Positions 34,310 to 46,300 of a DNA stretch of 64,000 nt are shown piece by piece. Both the position numbers and the translations under genes were made by a program. The first letter of the stretch is position 1; every line of letters starts with the position of its first letter. A model generated the notes under the pieces. The model worked only from the letters and a program-made list of their open reading frames with translations, did not search any database and had not been told where the DNA came from. This DNA comes from Asterias rubens (Eukaryota). The stretch spans positions 124,001-188,000 of the forward strand of contig NW_022985705.1 in NCBI RefSeq assembly GCF_902459465.1, written 5' to 3'.

Positions 34310-34817
34310 TTAAATGTTTACTGAAGCACAAAGTATTGATACTTTTATGTTGCACCTCATAATTTTTTTAATGATTTAGTTGTAAAAAATCATTTTATAC
34401 ATTCCATTGTACACATGATTTATTTCCTTTAAAAAATAAGGCTTCAGGAATGCCAACAAAAATAGGTCACTTGCTGACAATGGCTGGATTCTCAATGTGA
34501 CATCATCTTACATGTTTCCTGAGCTATTCCAGAAAACAATTGTTCTGAAATGGGGTCTGTCAAATGAATGACAAATATGTGTTTTTTCTTTTAACAGACT
34601 CACTCAATTCTGTTCAATGAATGTGAGGTCATGTTGAGAATCTAGCCATGTCAAAAAGTGACCTATTTAGGAGTTCATGAAGACAATTATTTTTAAAGGA
34701 AATAAATCATTTAAAATTACACAGGGATGCACAAGACTTTTTTCCAACTTAATCATTTAAAAACAATATAAGGTGCAATATCAAAGCATCATACTTTGTA
34801 TTTCAGTAAACCTTTAA
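34310..34817. mobile_element. Kolobok/T2-type foldback MITE nested in the EnSpm element
   Basis: TTAA|ATGTTTACTGAAGCACAAAGTA ... TACTTTGTATTTCAGTAAACCT|TTAA; inner inverted pairs ATGATTTATTTCCTTTAAAAA / TTTTAAAGGAAATAAATCAT and AATAGGTCACTT / AAGTGACCTATT. Confidence 0.7.
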
Positions 34818-35080
34818 ATATATGTAATAATTGCATCATGGGAAATGAGTAAAACAAATGTCTTGCCCTACACCGATTTGATAAGCACTGTATACTCAGG
34901 AGCTTTCAAGTCCTGGGGAAAAAGTTCCACAGGCAACTCAGGTGGGTTTCGAACCCACAACTTAACCACTAGACCACTGAGCAAGGCGGATCCAGTATTA
35001 TTTGCAGTGGGTACCGGGCTTGGTGGTCTAGACATCTGCTGTAGTCACGCAGGAGTCATAGGTTCGAATCCTGACAAGGG

Positions 35081-35368
35081 CCCAATTTCATAAAGCTGTT
35101 TACCGGTAAGCACATTTTTGTGCTTACTGTTGCAGAAAAATGTGCTCAAGCATACATATGTAAACGTATTTCATTCACCATGATTTCTCAAGTTAGCAGA
35201 AAATTTCGTAGCGCGCATGCACGTTCACCATGGATTTGCATTGTTACGTCACTCATGTGCTAACAGCGGGTTAGCCAGCATTTACCCTTGCTTACGATAA
35301 ACAGCTTTATGAAATAGAAATTCTGCTGAGGGAACTGCTGCTTACATCTTTTATGAAATTGGGACCAT
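35081..35368. mobile_element. Family E Harbinger-like MITE nested in the EnSpm element
   Basis: GGCCCAATTTCATAAAGCTG at the left end and TTTATGAAATTGGGACC at the right. Confidence 0.65.
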
Positions 35369-35982
35369 GTTGCCTGTGGAATTTTTTATCCGCAAGACTC
35401 GAAAGCACTGAATATATATACAGTGCTTATCACATCGGTGTAGGGCAAAACAAAATTTTAAGGCATCATCTATACTCACACCACACTGAATATTTGTTCC
35501 TTTTTAGCACAATTATAAGCCACAGACTTCACAGAACTTGGAGAGAAAATATTTTGACAACCATCTCCACTGAGTGGGGATTGTTTTATGCAAAAAATAA
35601 TAACCATCAGAACTGTGAGCTCTTTTGTTTTGTTTACAGCTTAGCTTGCTTAATTGTATGTTCTGATTGGTTGCCATTCAAGTTCTAAATATAAAACAGC
35701 ACCTGTAACTCAAATGCGGGACAATACATCTTTCAAACATTGTCTTTTTAAAATCCATCCTGTCTGCATTTAAATAGATAAGATGTTTCATTTAAGATTT
35801 TCTGTTATTTTGAATACTTTTATTTAATAGTAAAGTTGTAGGTTTTGCTATATTTCCGTTGTAGTCTGAGCAGCTTTGTCCTGTGAGAAACCCATTTCAT
35901 CATCAGCAGCATGTCTTGGAAGGCAAGGTTAGTTTCTAATTTTTGTTATTCTGTAAACCGCCAAGATTTGAATTTGGCTTAT

Positions 35983-37123
35983 GGGTCATTCCATGTCAGT
36001 TCAACAGGCTTTTGGACCTGACCTTCACGGATCGACACAAAATTTGGTGTGCTGATTTGACTTACTGAGAAACCCCCAGAACTGAATTTTTATGTCATTC
36101 AGATAATTACTTTTTGAGATACAGGTTAACAAACTTTTGACTAATTAGCTTGACCCTCTATGTTTGGACAACCATATCTCCAAAAGTAAAGCACCCACAT
36201 AACACTTTCCACTATTTTAAAGCTCTTGACGGAGAAAAAAATTCCACTTAGCATTTAACAAAATTACGCACAATTTTTTTGGGGGTGGGGGGGGGGGGCA
36301 TGTGGGGGCAAAGATTTTACTTTTGGGGCCCAAGAAGTGCAAGCCATTTAATATGTTACTTGATTTACACATTTTAAAAAAACATTTTTTATGATTTCAA
36401 TGAGGGTTGGGGGGGGGGGGGGGGGGAGGAGGAGGGGGTGGAGGCCGCCCTGCCCCCACCCCTTCTAATTATGCCACTGCACATGAGTCATGTCATGGGA
36501 CATGTTTTTAAAGTTACAGTACTAACTATTATAGGCCTACTGTATACACGTGTACATGATGTACGTGTACATGATGTACGTGTACATGATGTACATGTAC
36601 AGCTGTATACATGTATGTACACCTGCATATGTACATTCATTTAAAGTTTTTAACCTTTATAGCCTGTGTTCATATTATCATAACTCCAAAACTGTAAGAG
36701 TGCCCATCCTAAATTTTTCTGAAAATGTTGCTTATATCATGAGCTAACAATGAAAAAATTACGCATTTTGAAAAATATACATTTTCGCAATCAAGGGCAA
36801 ATGTCACATTTGTGCGTAATTTTGTTGTGCTACGTGGAATTTTTTCTCCTTATTTTATTAAATGAAGGCCATGTCAAGAGCTTTAAAATAGTGGAAAATT
36901 TATTTATGTGGGTGCTTTACTTTTGGAGATATGGTTGTCCAAACATAGAGGGTCAAGCTAATTAGTCAAAAGTTTGTTAAGCTGTATCTCAAAAAGTAAT
37001 TATCTGAATGACATAAAATGTCTGTTCTGGTGGTTTCTCAATAAGTCCATTCAGCACACCAAGTAACGTTTCAATCTGTGTTGGTCAAGTCCAAAAGCGT
37101 GTTGAATTGACACGGAATGACCT
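35983..37123. mobile_element. Long-TIR element (~250-bp arms) nested in the EnSpm element
   Basis: 35983-36230 (GGGTCATTCCATGTCAGTTCAACA...AAAGCTCTTGAC) is the reverse complement of about 36873-37123 (GTCAAGAGCTTT...TGTTGAATTGACACGGAATGACC). Superfamily not assigned. Confidence 0.75.
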
Positions 37124-37790
37124 ATTGTCATGTTTTGATAACCATCTCTAAAAATAAAACACCTAGGGGCCTACAGTGATAATTTTTACACCAGTTTAAA
37201 GCTCTTAATATGTCCCAGATTTCATAAAAACTAAATCAACATTATATTATGTACCACAAAAACATTAATTACGCAAAAAAATTACATTTGACCTTGATTA
37301 GCAAGGTCATTTTTTTTATATGTATAATTTTTATCTCAATGTTAGCTTAAGATGTACATTAGCAATATTTCTAGAAAAGGTTGGGATGGGCACGCGCACA
37401 GTTTGAATTATGATTATTTGAACAATGGCGGTTAAGGATGAAAACTTAAAAAGTATGTACATATGCGTGTGCTTATTATGTGCATGTATAATAATGTACA
37501 TGTGTAAAAATATTACCTTTGACCTTGATTAGCAAAATGCATTTTTCAAAAGGCATAATTTTTATCTCATTGTTAACAATATTTCTAGAAAAAAACTGAA
37601 CAATATGTCAAACTTAACAATATGTCAAAAAATTATGACATACAATTTTAATTATCAATTTTTTTTTCAAAGTCCTTTAAAAGCAGTCATGTGACAAGGT
37701 GATGAAGGACCAAGCCAGAGACGAGGAAGTCCTTTAACATTCTAGAATAACATTCTTTAAAATAAGTATGTTTTTCTGCATTTTTTACAG

Positions 37791-39317
37791 AAGCTATCAG
37801 TATTGCTGCCATCCTTGGCATCCCATGTACACTAAAAGAAAAAATCTGCAATATGTTGATTCTGGGTGATGAAGATGGGGTAAGTAAAGGGTTGCTCACA
37901 CTGCAGCCGTAACAAGAAACAATAACACTCAAAAGAACATGGTCTATTGGTTGAATAAGCATGCGCATATTCCACACAGTATAATTAACCAGTAGACTTA
38001 AACAATTGAGTGCATCTCTGTTTCTTGTTTTTGTGATGCATCTCTGCTTTTTAAATAAGGGAATAAAAGAGTGGTAGTGAGGTCTTAAATGACCCTTTAA
38101 GACTGGCAGGGTCATGTCCATGCAATAAAGGGCCAAGTTTGAATGGGCATGGTTTATGTCAGCATTGCGTCATTAAGGTAGGCGTGTGGCTATGAGTGCT
38201 TAACACGCGTTAGCCAACCGGTCTTAAACAAGTCCAGCTCAGACATAAAAACACCCCCATGTGACATGCTCTCCATTGGGAATAGCGAAACTGTCTGGGA
38301 TATTTATGAATGAATGATCAAATCCAAAACTCTTAATTGACTTACTCATGACTTGAATTATAACTTGTATTAATTTGTCACATGTTGGGTTGAATTAACA
38401 CTCAACTTCATGGACTTAACTTGGACTCAACTCAAACGCAAGACAAAGACTTGAACTCAAGAAAAGAAAGACATTGATAATTTTTGAATGACTGATATAC
38501 AAACTCTCAAATTCACCTTCGGTTACAATTCACTTTTGGCTGAACAAACAAAAGTGAAGAATACATTATTTGGACCTTGGACCACCATTTATCCTACACT
38601 ATGCATGAGGCAGTCTCATTTTATATACTCATAAACTGATGAGGGTTTTTGAAATTGCATCTGCAACATACCAATGGCCAATTTGTGTTGTTTTGAATTA
38701 ATAAACTCCTCAGAGAGAGTATATGCACTGTGATTGGTCGAAGAGTGGTCACGTTGGGGTGTATTAAAATGTGATGTAAAGACAAGTTCTGTGGAACAAG
38801 TGAAAATTCACAGTAAAGGTATTAATTCATGGGAACAACAGTGTGAGGACCTGGTCTTCACTGGGTAGTAATGACCATGGCCGCTGTTAATGAAAATCGC
38901 TTTTGGCTTGGTCCATTAACAACAGCCAGCCACCAACCCGGTCATTACCACACAGTGAAGACCAGGTCCTCACACTGTTATTCCCTAATTAACACACTGT
39001 TATTCCCTAATTAAAAGTATTTATTTTTTCATATACAGGGGACAGCTTGGCCTGTCATTGAGGGTAATGACAACAGACTTGAGGACTGCACTTCATTTGA
39101 CGTGATCATTGATGGGTTGGCTGTCAGCAGCTCCACTTGTCTCCTGACATCGGTGAAAGTGTATTTAGCCAGCTTTTATGTTTTCAATTTGGCTTATCCC
39201 ACATGCCTCAGGAAAACTTTGTCTTTTTTCCAGAAAATTGTCCTGAACATCCAAGACAATATTCCTCTCGACCGCAGTGTTATATCTTGCCTGGACAAAC
39301 TGAATAGGTACATTTGA
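37791..39317 (+). CDS. Last two exons of the transposon's accessory ORF (resembles the C-terminus of SAMD3-like/EnSpm second-ORF proteins)
   Basis: Exon 37791-37879 (AISIAAILGIPCTLKEKICNMLILGDEDG) splices in phase 0 to 39039-39317 (GTAWPVIEG...FDVIIDG...YLASFYVFNLAYPTCLRKTLSFFQKIVLNI...DKLNRYI*). The FYVFNLxYP...FFQK motif is recalled from such proteins, not searched. Confidence 0.55.
38822..39013. repeat. Hairpin element with a duplicated right end
   Basis: AACAGTGTGAGGACCTGGTCTTCACTG / CAGTGAAGACCAGGTCCTCACACTGTT inverted arms. ACACTGTTATTCCCTAATTAA is repeated twice at the right end. Confidence 0.7.
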
Positions 39318-39338
39318 CTGTGACCATTTTTCTTGGTT

Positions 39339-39715
39339 AAAGCAATGTGTTACTAACATAAACCAAGTAACTGCATTTGACTCAGTAGTTCCTCTTGATC
39401 AAAGCATTGTGTCTTACTAGATAAACAAGTTACATGTACATATACTGCATTTGACTCAGTATGTTCCCCTCGATCAGATCATTGTGTGTTTATACTAAAG
39501 TAAACCAAGTTAAGCTGCATTTGACTCATCAGTATTTTTCCTCTTGATAAACGCATTATGTCTTACTATGAACAAGTTTTACTGCATTTGACTTAGTATG
39601 TTCCTCTCAAAGTATTGTGTCTTACTAAAATAAACCAAGTTAAACTGCATTTCACTTAATTAGCATGTTCCTCTTGATCAAAGCATTATGTCTTGTTAAG
39701 ATAAACTGAATATTC
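39339..39715. repeat. Minisatellite, about 6 degenerate 60-75 bp units
   Basis: Recurrent AAAGCATTGTGTCTTACT...AACCAAGTT..ACTGCATTTGACTCAGTATGTTCCTCTTGATC. Confidence 0.85.
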
Positions 39716-41519
39716 TTCTTAAAGGTACATTACAGGATTGATAAGGATCACTCAAATACTTTAATTGTTGAATTTCTGTTTGAAAGCTTAATGGTTATGA
39801 AGTTAGTACTAGGACTGTGAAATGTTTCCCCCTGAAATAAGGGCATATTCGAAAAAACTACCTGATAATCTAAAAACAAACAACATCTGATTTTGTTTGT
39901 TAACAACCCAAATTGACCATATGTGTACAAAATAACCATTGTTCATTGATTTCTCTATAACATTAATAACGATTTGATACAAATCACAAGTTTGTTTTAA
40001 GATGTAATTGAATTGAATGCATCCAACCAAAAGCCAATCCTGTATCGTACCTTTACCCTAAGAATTAAATCTTACTTGTGACAATTCACTTCAAATAGTT
40101 TTGACAGGGTGCCTTTGGAATAGTGGATGGGCCTCTGGCAAAATATTGACTTGACAGTTGTTGTATTATTCCAGTGTTCGTTGGAAGTTTTCTTCTTAAA
40201 TAGGGAGGGGGGGTAACCTGAAACATAGGAAAGTAAATAGTTTTCCTTGAATATTGTTGTGAACAGAGGCATTATATCCATGTTTTTACAACACGTGTGA
40301 TTCAGGATGTCATTATCTCTTATAGCAATTTGATAATCTCAGTTTGAACATCATAATTCTTACATCATTGGGCATCATTTGTGTTAAGAAAAAAATGCAT
40401 TTTGAATAGACTGAAATGTTTGCATAAAGATGTAGGGATGTAAATTTAAATTAGTGTCAATGGAGCTTTTTCTCAAAAGTAGCAGTTGTACCTGGCCACG
40501 GTGACCCCCAGTTAAAAACAATGATGTTCTTGATTATAACAACCCCAGATCTGCCAAATGTAATGTCATTTGGACAAAAATATAATGACAAATATGGAGA
40601 AAATATATACAGTCGTAAACATTGGGCAAAAACCCTCTGTTGGTACTTTTTTTTTTAAATGTCATCTTGTATATTTGAAGGAATTTTTAGCAGATAAATA
40701 AAATTGAAGGGAAACTGTAGGGGTTCAAGAACCCTCTTTTGAGAAAGTAAAGGGTAAATGAGTGTGCTAATTTTAAACAAGCAATTTTATCACATTATTT
40801 ATTTATAAATTGTGTGGAGTTCAATGAACTTTGAGTCACCATTGTATTAGTTATGCCTTGTTGAGATTAAATTTGAATTAAAGAATTTTCAGAATGTATA
40901 AAGTTGTCGAAGTATACTTTCTAGTAAGATTTTAATTTATAATCCATCTTAAATTCTAAATGGTTTCTTTCATGGAAAACAGTTTAGAAAATGATTTTGT
41001 TTTTGGATGAACAATTTTCCATTTTTTGTTTGATGATGCAACAATACACAATGTCCAGGTACATCAAAAGAACGTGGGAAGACATTCCTGACTGATGCCA
41101 CTAGTCAAGATTTAAATTGTTGCTTTGACTAATGCCATTAGTCAAATCAACGAACGACCTAAGTGAAGTACTGGACCAAGATTAAAAGTCGCTGGACTAA
41201 TCTAAAAAGTCGCTGGACTAAGCCAAAATGTTGATGGACTAAACATTAGTCGTATGAGACATCTTTTTAGTCAAGTCACTGGACTAATGTAAACTAGTCA
41301 CATTTCTGACTAAATCCTTAGTCATGCTCAGACTTTTGACTACTTAAAATTAGTCGTGTCAGACATGACGCTGGACTATTTTTTTTTAGTCAAATTGACT
41401 AATTAATTTTTAGAGTGTACCACGATACAGGCAAATAGACGATGCCTGCTTTGTCGTCAAAAACGTGAAGGCATTGAGTGTATATTTGAAGGTAAGAACC
41501 ATAGATTTATGTTATGGGA

Positions 41520-42105
41520 TGCACCGGCACTGACCGTTGCTAAGATTTGTCGAACACAAATTAGTCGCTCATAATGTGTCATTAGTACATGGACCATGTC
41601 TATCAAGCTGTATAGACAAATGCGTTAATTATAATGGTGTATGTGTACGACTGGTCAATGTCCGACAAGACATGTCGGACACAATGTGTCGGTCATAGGG
41701 TCATGCACTAATTAAGTGGAATTATGTTCCGACAATGGTTTACTTACACGACATATAGGTTATTATGTACCACACAATTATTCGGACACATTAAGTCCAT
41801 AATGTGTCACGTGGTGTACTATTTGTCGGAACATTATGCGGTATCGGACTCATTGGGTTGGACAAAATGGGTCACGTGCACGACAAGGGTCACTTTGTAC
41901 GACAATATTTGTTGGACTCATTAGTCGATCGTAATGGGTCATAGTTTCTGGGCCATATGTCTGGCATGATGTACCGGACAGGGTGTGTCAGACATTAATA
42001 GGTCACGTGCACGACATTGGTACGACAAGACATGTCGGTCATAATGGTTCATGTAGGCCTACTATGCATGGACATTTTGTCCGACATGATGTATCGCACA
42101 CCATA
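41520..42105. repeat. Degenerate repeat built from CCGACA/TGTCGG motifs
   Basis: Repeated CGACAAGACATGTCGG, TGTCGGTCATA and GGTCACGTGCACGACA. Confidence 0.6.
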
Positions 42106-42497
42106 CTCCAGCTCTAATGTAAAAATTTACCCGGATTGAGATCCCAGAACTACTTTGGGGTCAGGCTGACCAGGAAACTAGTTTAAAAAATTGTGAATTT
42201 GTTTCGAATTTCGCACCAGTTTTCAATTCAATTCAATTCAATATGGTTTATTTTCATATAAAATACAAGACCAAAAAAAAGTCATAGACTCATGGCATTT
42301 GGTTAACAAAAAATTACATCAAAAATATATGTACAAGTTTACATGATAAATCAATAGTATTAAAAAGTTTGATCCGTTTCTGGATCAGTTTGCCACAGAA
42401 ACCGGATCAAACTGACCCGGTATCTGAAAAAATCAAGCCACACTGGTCTAGGAATCGGGGTCATGATCAATATTCTTATCAGGAAGTTTAAGAGGTT

Positions 42498-42997
42498 NNN
42501 NNNNNNNNNNNNNNNNNNNNNNNNNNNNNNNNNNNNNNNNNNNNNNNNNNNNNNNNNNNNNNNNNNNNNNNNNNNNNNNNNNNNNNNNNNNNNNNNNNNN
42601 NNNNNNNNNNNNNNNNNNNNNNNNNNNNNNNNNNNNNNNNNNNNNNNNNNNNNNNNNNNNNNNNNNNNNNNNNNNNNNNNNNNNNNNNNNNNNNNNNNNN
42701 NNNNNNNNNNNNNNNNNNNNNNNNNNNNNNNNNNNNNNNNNNNNNNNNNNNNNNNNNNNNNNNNNNNNNNNNNNNNNNNNNNNNNNNNNNNNNNNNNNNN
42801 NNNNNNNNNNNNNNNNNNNNNNNNNNNNNNNNNNNNNNNNNNNNNNNNNNNNNNNNNNNNNNNNNNNNNNNNNNNNNNNNNNNNNNNNNNNNNNNNNNNN
42901 NNNNNNNNNNNNNNNNNNNNNNNNNNNNNNNNNNNNNNNNNNNNNNNNNNNNNNNNNNNNNNNNNNNNNNNNNNNNNNNNNNNNNNNNNNNNNNNNN
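42498..42997. other. Assembly gap (500 N)
   Basis: Run of exactly 500 N. Confidence 1.
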
Positions 42998-43311
42998 TTT
43001 CATTTAACAAAAAAAGGATACATTTTAACAATCTCAGACAAAACAAAATAATTTTGAAGAATAGCCCAGCCAGTTGCCTTTAAAAATTTATCTTATCCAA
43101 CAAAATTGTTTTGTGCAAAGCTAATTTTTGTGTGTGCTTAAGCAGCTATATGAAAATGGAACATGGTGTTCATAATAATATATTATAGCATTGTGTATGA
43201 TGGTGCATCATAATAAATTGTAAACAGGACTCCAGGGTCAGCAGAATAAAGGAAAGTGCATGAAGAAACAGAGTGTACAAGGATGAAGAGAGGAAGGCTG
43301 CATGGAATTAC

Positions 43312-46300
43312 CTGTATCTTCCAGAGCTGTGTAATCAACCTCATCACCAGTGGGTACATATTCTCATCCCCGGCAGACAATGACTGCAGTGTCTTCAGCA
43401 CTGATGTCATACACACTTTATGTGTGACTGTGTGGGGAATGGCAGTCAGCAGGTCATAGGTCAAGGTCGGGTCATGTTCCTCACCGAGTCTGTAGAGAAG
43501 CAGTGGCAGGAGGGACGGTGCCTGCCAAAAAAGATCAAAACAGTTATGTCATCTTAGTGAAGCTGTTTCTAAGAGTGTTGCTGTGGGCATCTTATGCTCT
43601 AACGTATGTTAAGGGTGCACCCCAATAAATAAGTAGAAAACAGAGCATCAACCTCTTACATTTTTTGTAGACCCTCAAAATATTCTATATTAGACAGATT
43701 TGAGGGCCCTCAAAAAGGGCTTCAGTGTAAATGTTTTGCCCAATTAAGACCTAGGGGTTGTCGACTTCCAACATAATGTATTTTGGATGACAAAGGCCAT
43801 TGAACAAAAAAAAATCGTTTTGCTGAAAGTGCAGAGGAATTTTTTAAGGTTGATGCTCGGACTTTTGAAAGATTACACTGTGGTAGGGGTGGTTTAATTC
43901 GGAGGGGGAATAACTAGACAGCCCCAGGGACTCCCCATTATCAGACATGGCCATAACTTGACCTTGTAAGTCTGCTGCCATCTAGTGTCAAGACAAATCT
44001 TCTGCTGAGACCATGGATCACTTACCCATCTATTATCTCGATTTGCAATCTGTATTAATACATCGAGTGCTGCACGTACGACCCTCCTCCCTCGTCCCCA
44101 CAGTAATGAAGTCACTATCAGCATTACAATGCTGGAAACACTATCACTATGGCTGACGTTCAATTGGACGGCAACTAGCCAATTGTATGCAGCATTGGTG
44201 TCCTCCATCACAGCACGGAATAGATGGGAACAGTATTTCATCAACTGGTACCACGCATTCTTGGACGGGTTCTTTTGTGCAATGAAGGTAAAATGGAAAA
44301 TTAAAAATTAAATAATAACAAGCAGTTTTTTATATTGCCCATTTTACAATAACGTATCAATGAGCTTTACATTTGTACCCTGGTCATTGGGCCAATAACA
44401 TTCCTTTAATCTTTCTCAGCTCTCATTTCATTTCATTTTTTTCATTTTCATTGTTATTGGCCAGACTTTTAGATTTTCCAATGGAAGTGCCCTTTGCAAA
44501 ATGAAAATGGCCTTGCCCTTTCAACTGTTCAAAGTTGAGAAGATTAAAGATTCTGGGGAGTTCACAGTTCACAGCCCTGAGCTGGCGTGGCAACAGATCA
44601 GGGCCCAATTTCATTTTCAGTTTATAAGTGTATGTTAATCATTACCAATGGGAGACTTTTGGGACTCTTGGTGGCAGCAGACTTACCAGGTAAAATCCAT
44701 TGTTCTTGGTCATGTGCGCACGCTCAGAACTACAGAAACAATGGAAATTTACCTGGTAAGTCTGCTGCCACCTAGCGTCCCAAAGTCTCCCATTACAAAA
44801 GTACTGACTGAACTTGATAACAATAACAAAACTGATCAATTTAAGATTCTGGGGAATTTACAGCCCTCAGCTGCCGTGGCAACAGATCAGGGCCCAATTT
44901 CAGTGGCTCTGCTTACCGCCGAATACTGATCTTATGAATGCCTAGTAACGTGAAGTAAGCAGGTGAACAAGCAAAAATTCCCAGCTAACCTGTGAAATCT
45001 GCTTGACAGAAGCGCAGAATTTCCTGCGTTTGCTGATTCTCTGCTAACGGTAAGCAGAGCTGTGAAATTGGGCCACGGTTCAGGCCTGGAATTTCATCTT
45101 TGAACATGTTGAAAGGGCAAGGCCATTTTCATTTTGCAAAGAGCACTTCCATTGGAAAATCTTAAAGGGCACCAAGACCAAGACCAGGGCCCAATTTCAT
45201 AGAGCTGCTAAGCACAACAATTTGCTAAGCATGAAATTTCTTCCTTGATAAAAACAAGATTACCAACCAGGTTTCCATTTGTTGCATTTGCTTGTTACTG
45301 GTATTCAGCTGTTGTTCGCTTATCCCGAAAATCACGAGGACATTTGGTTGGTAATCCTGTTTTTATTGAGGCAGAAATTTCATGCTAAGCAAATTTGTGT
45401 TCTAAGCAGCTCCATGAAATTGGGCCCACGGCTAACGGAGGCCATGGCCTCCGTGGAGTGCGTGTAACTCCAGGCCTGTAGTTTATAAGTTTATTTCAAT
45501 GATTACCAATCACAAAGTTACAGACCGAACCTGACAACAATAACAAAGATGATCAGTTTAAGATTCTGACTACCTGCTTCTGCAATGCCGGTCTCTGCTT
45601 TAGACCATTCTGGCCGAGCCTTCTCACAACAGCAAGGAGTTTGGATGCTGCCGCCTGATTGGCCGATATTTGGTTGGTTCCCATCACATTCACTGGTACC
45701 GAGATTACTTGCAGCAGTGGAAGGATGAACAGTTGAACGCAGGTATTCAACACGGACACCTCTTCTCCACAAACACAGACGACTTTCCTGACTGAAAACA
45801 TACACGTATTTTCAATTTCTTAAAGGGAAGCTATACATTTGGTAATCACTCTTAAAATGAATGGCAATGAAAAGTGGTATAAAGCAATTGGAGAAACGTT
45901 TCAATTCGAACTAATGTGGTTATGTAAAAAGATATAATTTGTTTTTTCCCCCAAAATTTGTATCTGAGATGTGTTGCTACAGTTATGCTTTTCAGATCGT
46001 TTATTTCAATTAGGGGAGTATTCTTTCAGCATTATTCTTCGCTCCAGATTTTTGGCAATATCTGAAAAACATGACCACCTTTTCAAATGTAATTTTCACA
46101 TCGGTTGGTTTAACAAAATTAAAAAAAATGAGCAGGCAATTTAACCACCAGCTTATTCTATTTGGCACGAAATTGAATGCTATCTGAAAAGGGTCATTCG
46201 ATTTCGTTTTAAGACTAGTCAAATGTACTTTTACGTTATTCGATTTAACAAAATAATCATTTAATTTAACAATTCATCAAAACAACATTCAAATTCACAG

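Larger units (their letters stand above)
32940..41417 (+). mobile_element. EnSpm/CACTA (CMC) DNA transposon, 8478 bp, apparently non-autonomous
   Basis: 24-bp TIRs with 3 mismatches (CACTGTAAAAAATAGTTAGTCAAT; right end reads CACTCTAAAAATTAATTAGTCAAT on the minus strand). TA TSD at 32938-32939 and 41418-41419. Dense GACTAA/TTAGTC subterminal repeats at about 32950-33190 and 41120-41405. No transposase ORF seen. Confidence 0.88.
32849..41491 (+). pseudogene. 7-TM paralog 3: first coding exon interrupted by an EnSpm/CMC transposon
   Basis: 32849-32939 encodes MGEGIITECESPPWPRWVLVALTLLGVFKG. Removing 32940-41419 restores the frame to TTIQANRRCLLCRQKREGIECIFE(G), ending at a phase-1 donor GTAAGA (41492) as in the paralogs. 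Exons 2-3 are not visible before the gap. Confidence 0.8.

Noticed and set aside
37687-38136. 149-aa minus-strand ORF inside the EnSpm element as a transposase fragment
   Set aside because: No DDE or Transposase_21-like motifs; it is antisense to the plus-strand accessory exon.
42360-43083. Three long ORFs (171-228 aa)
   Set aside because: They consist almost entirely of X translated from the N gap.
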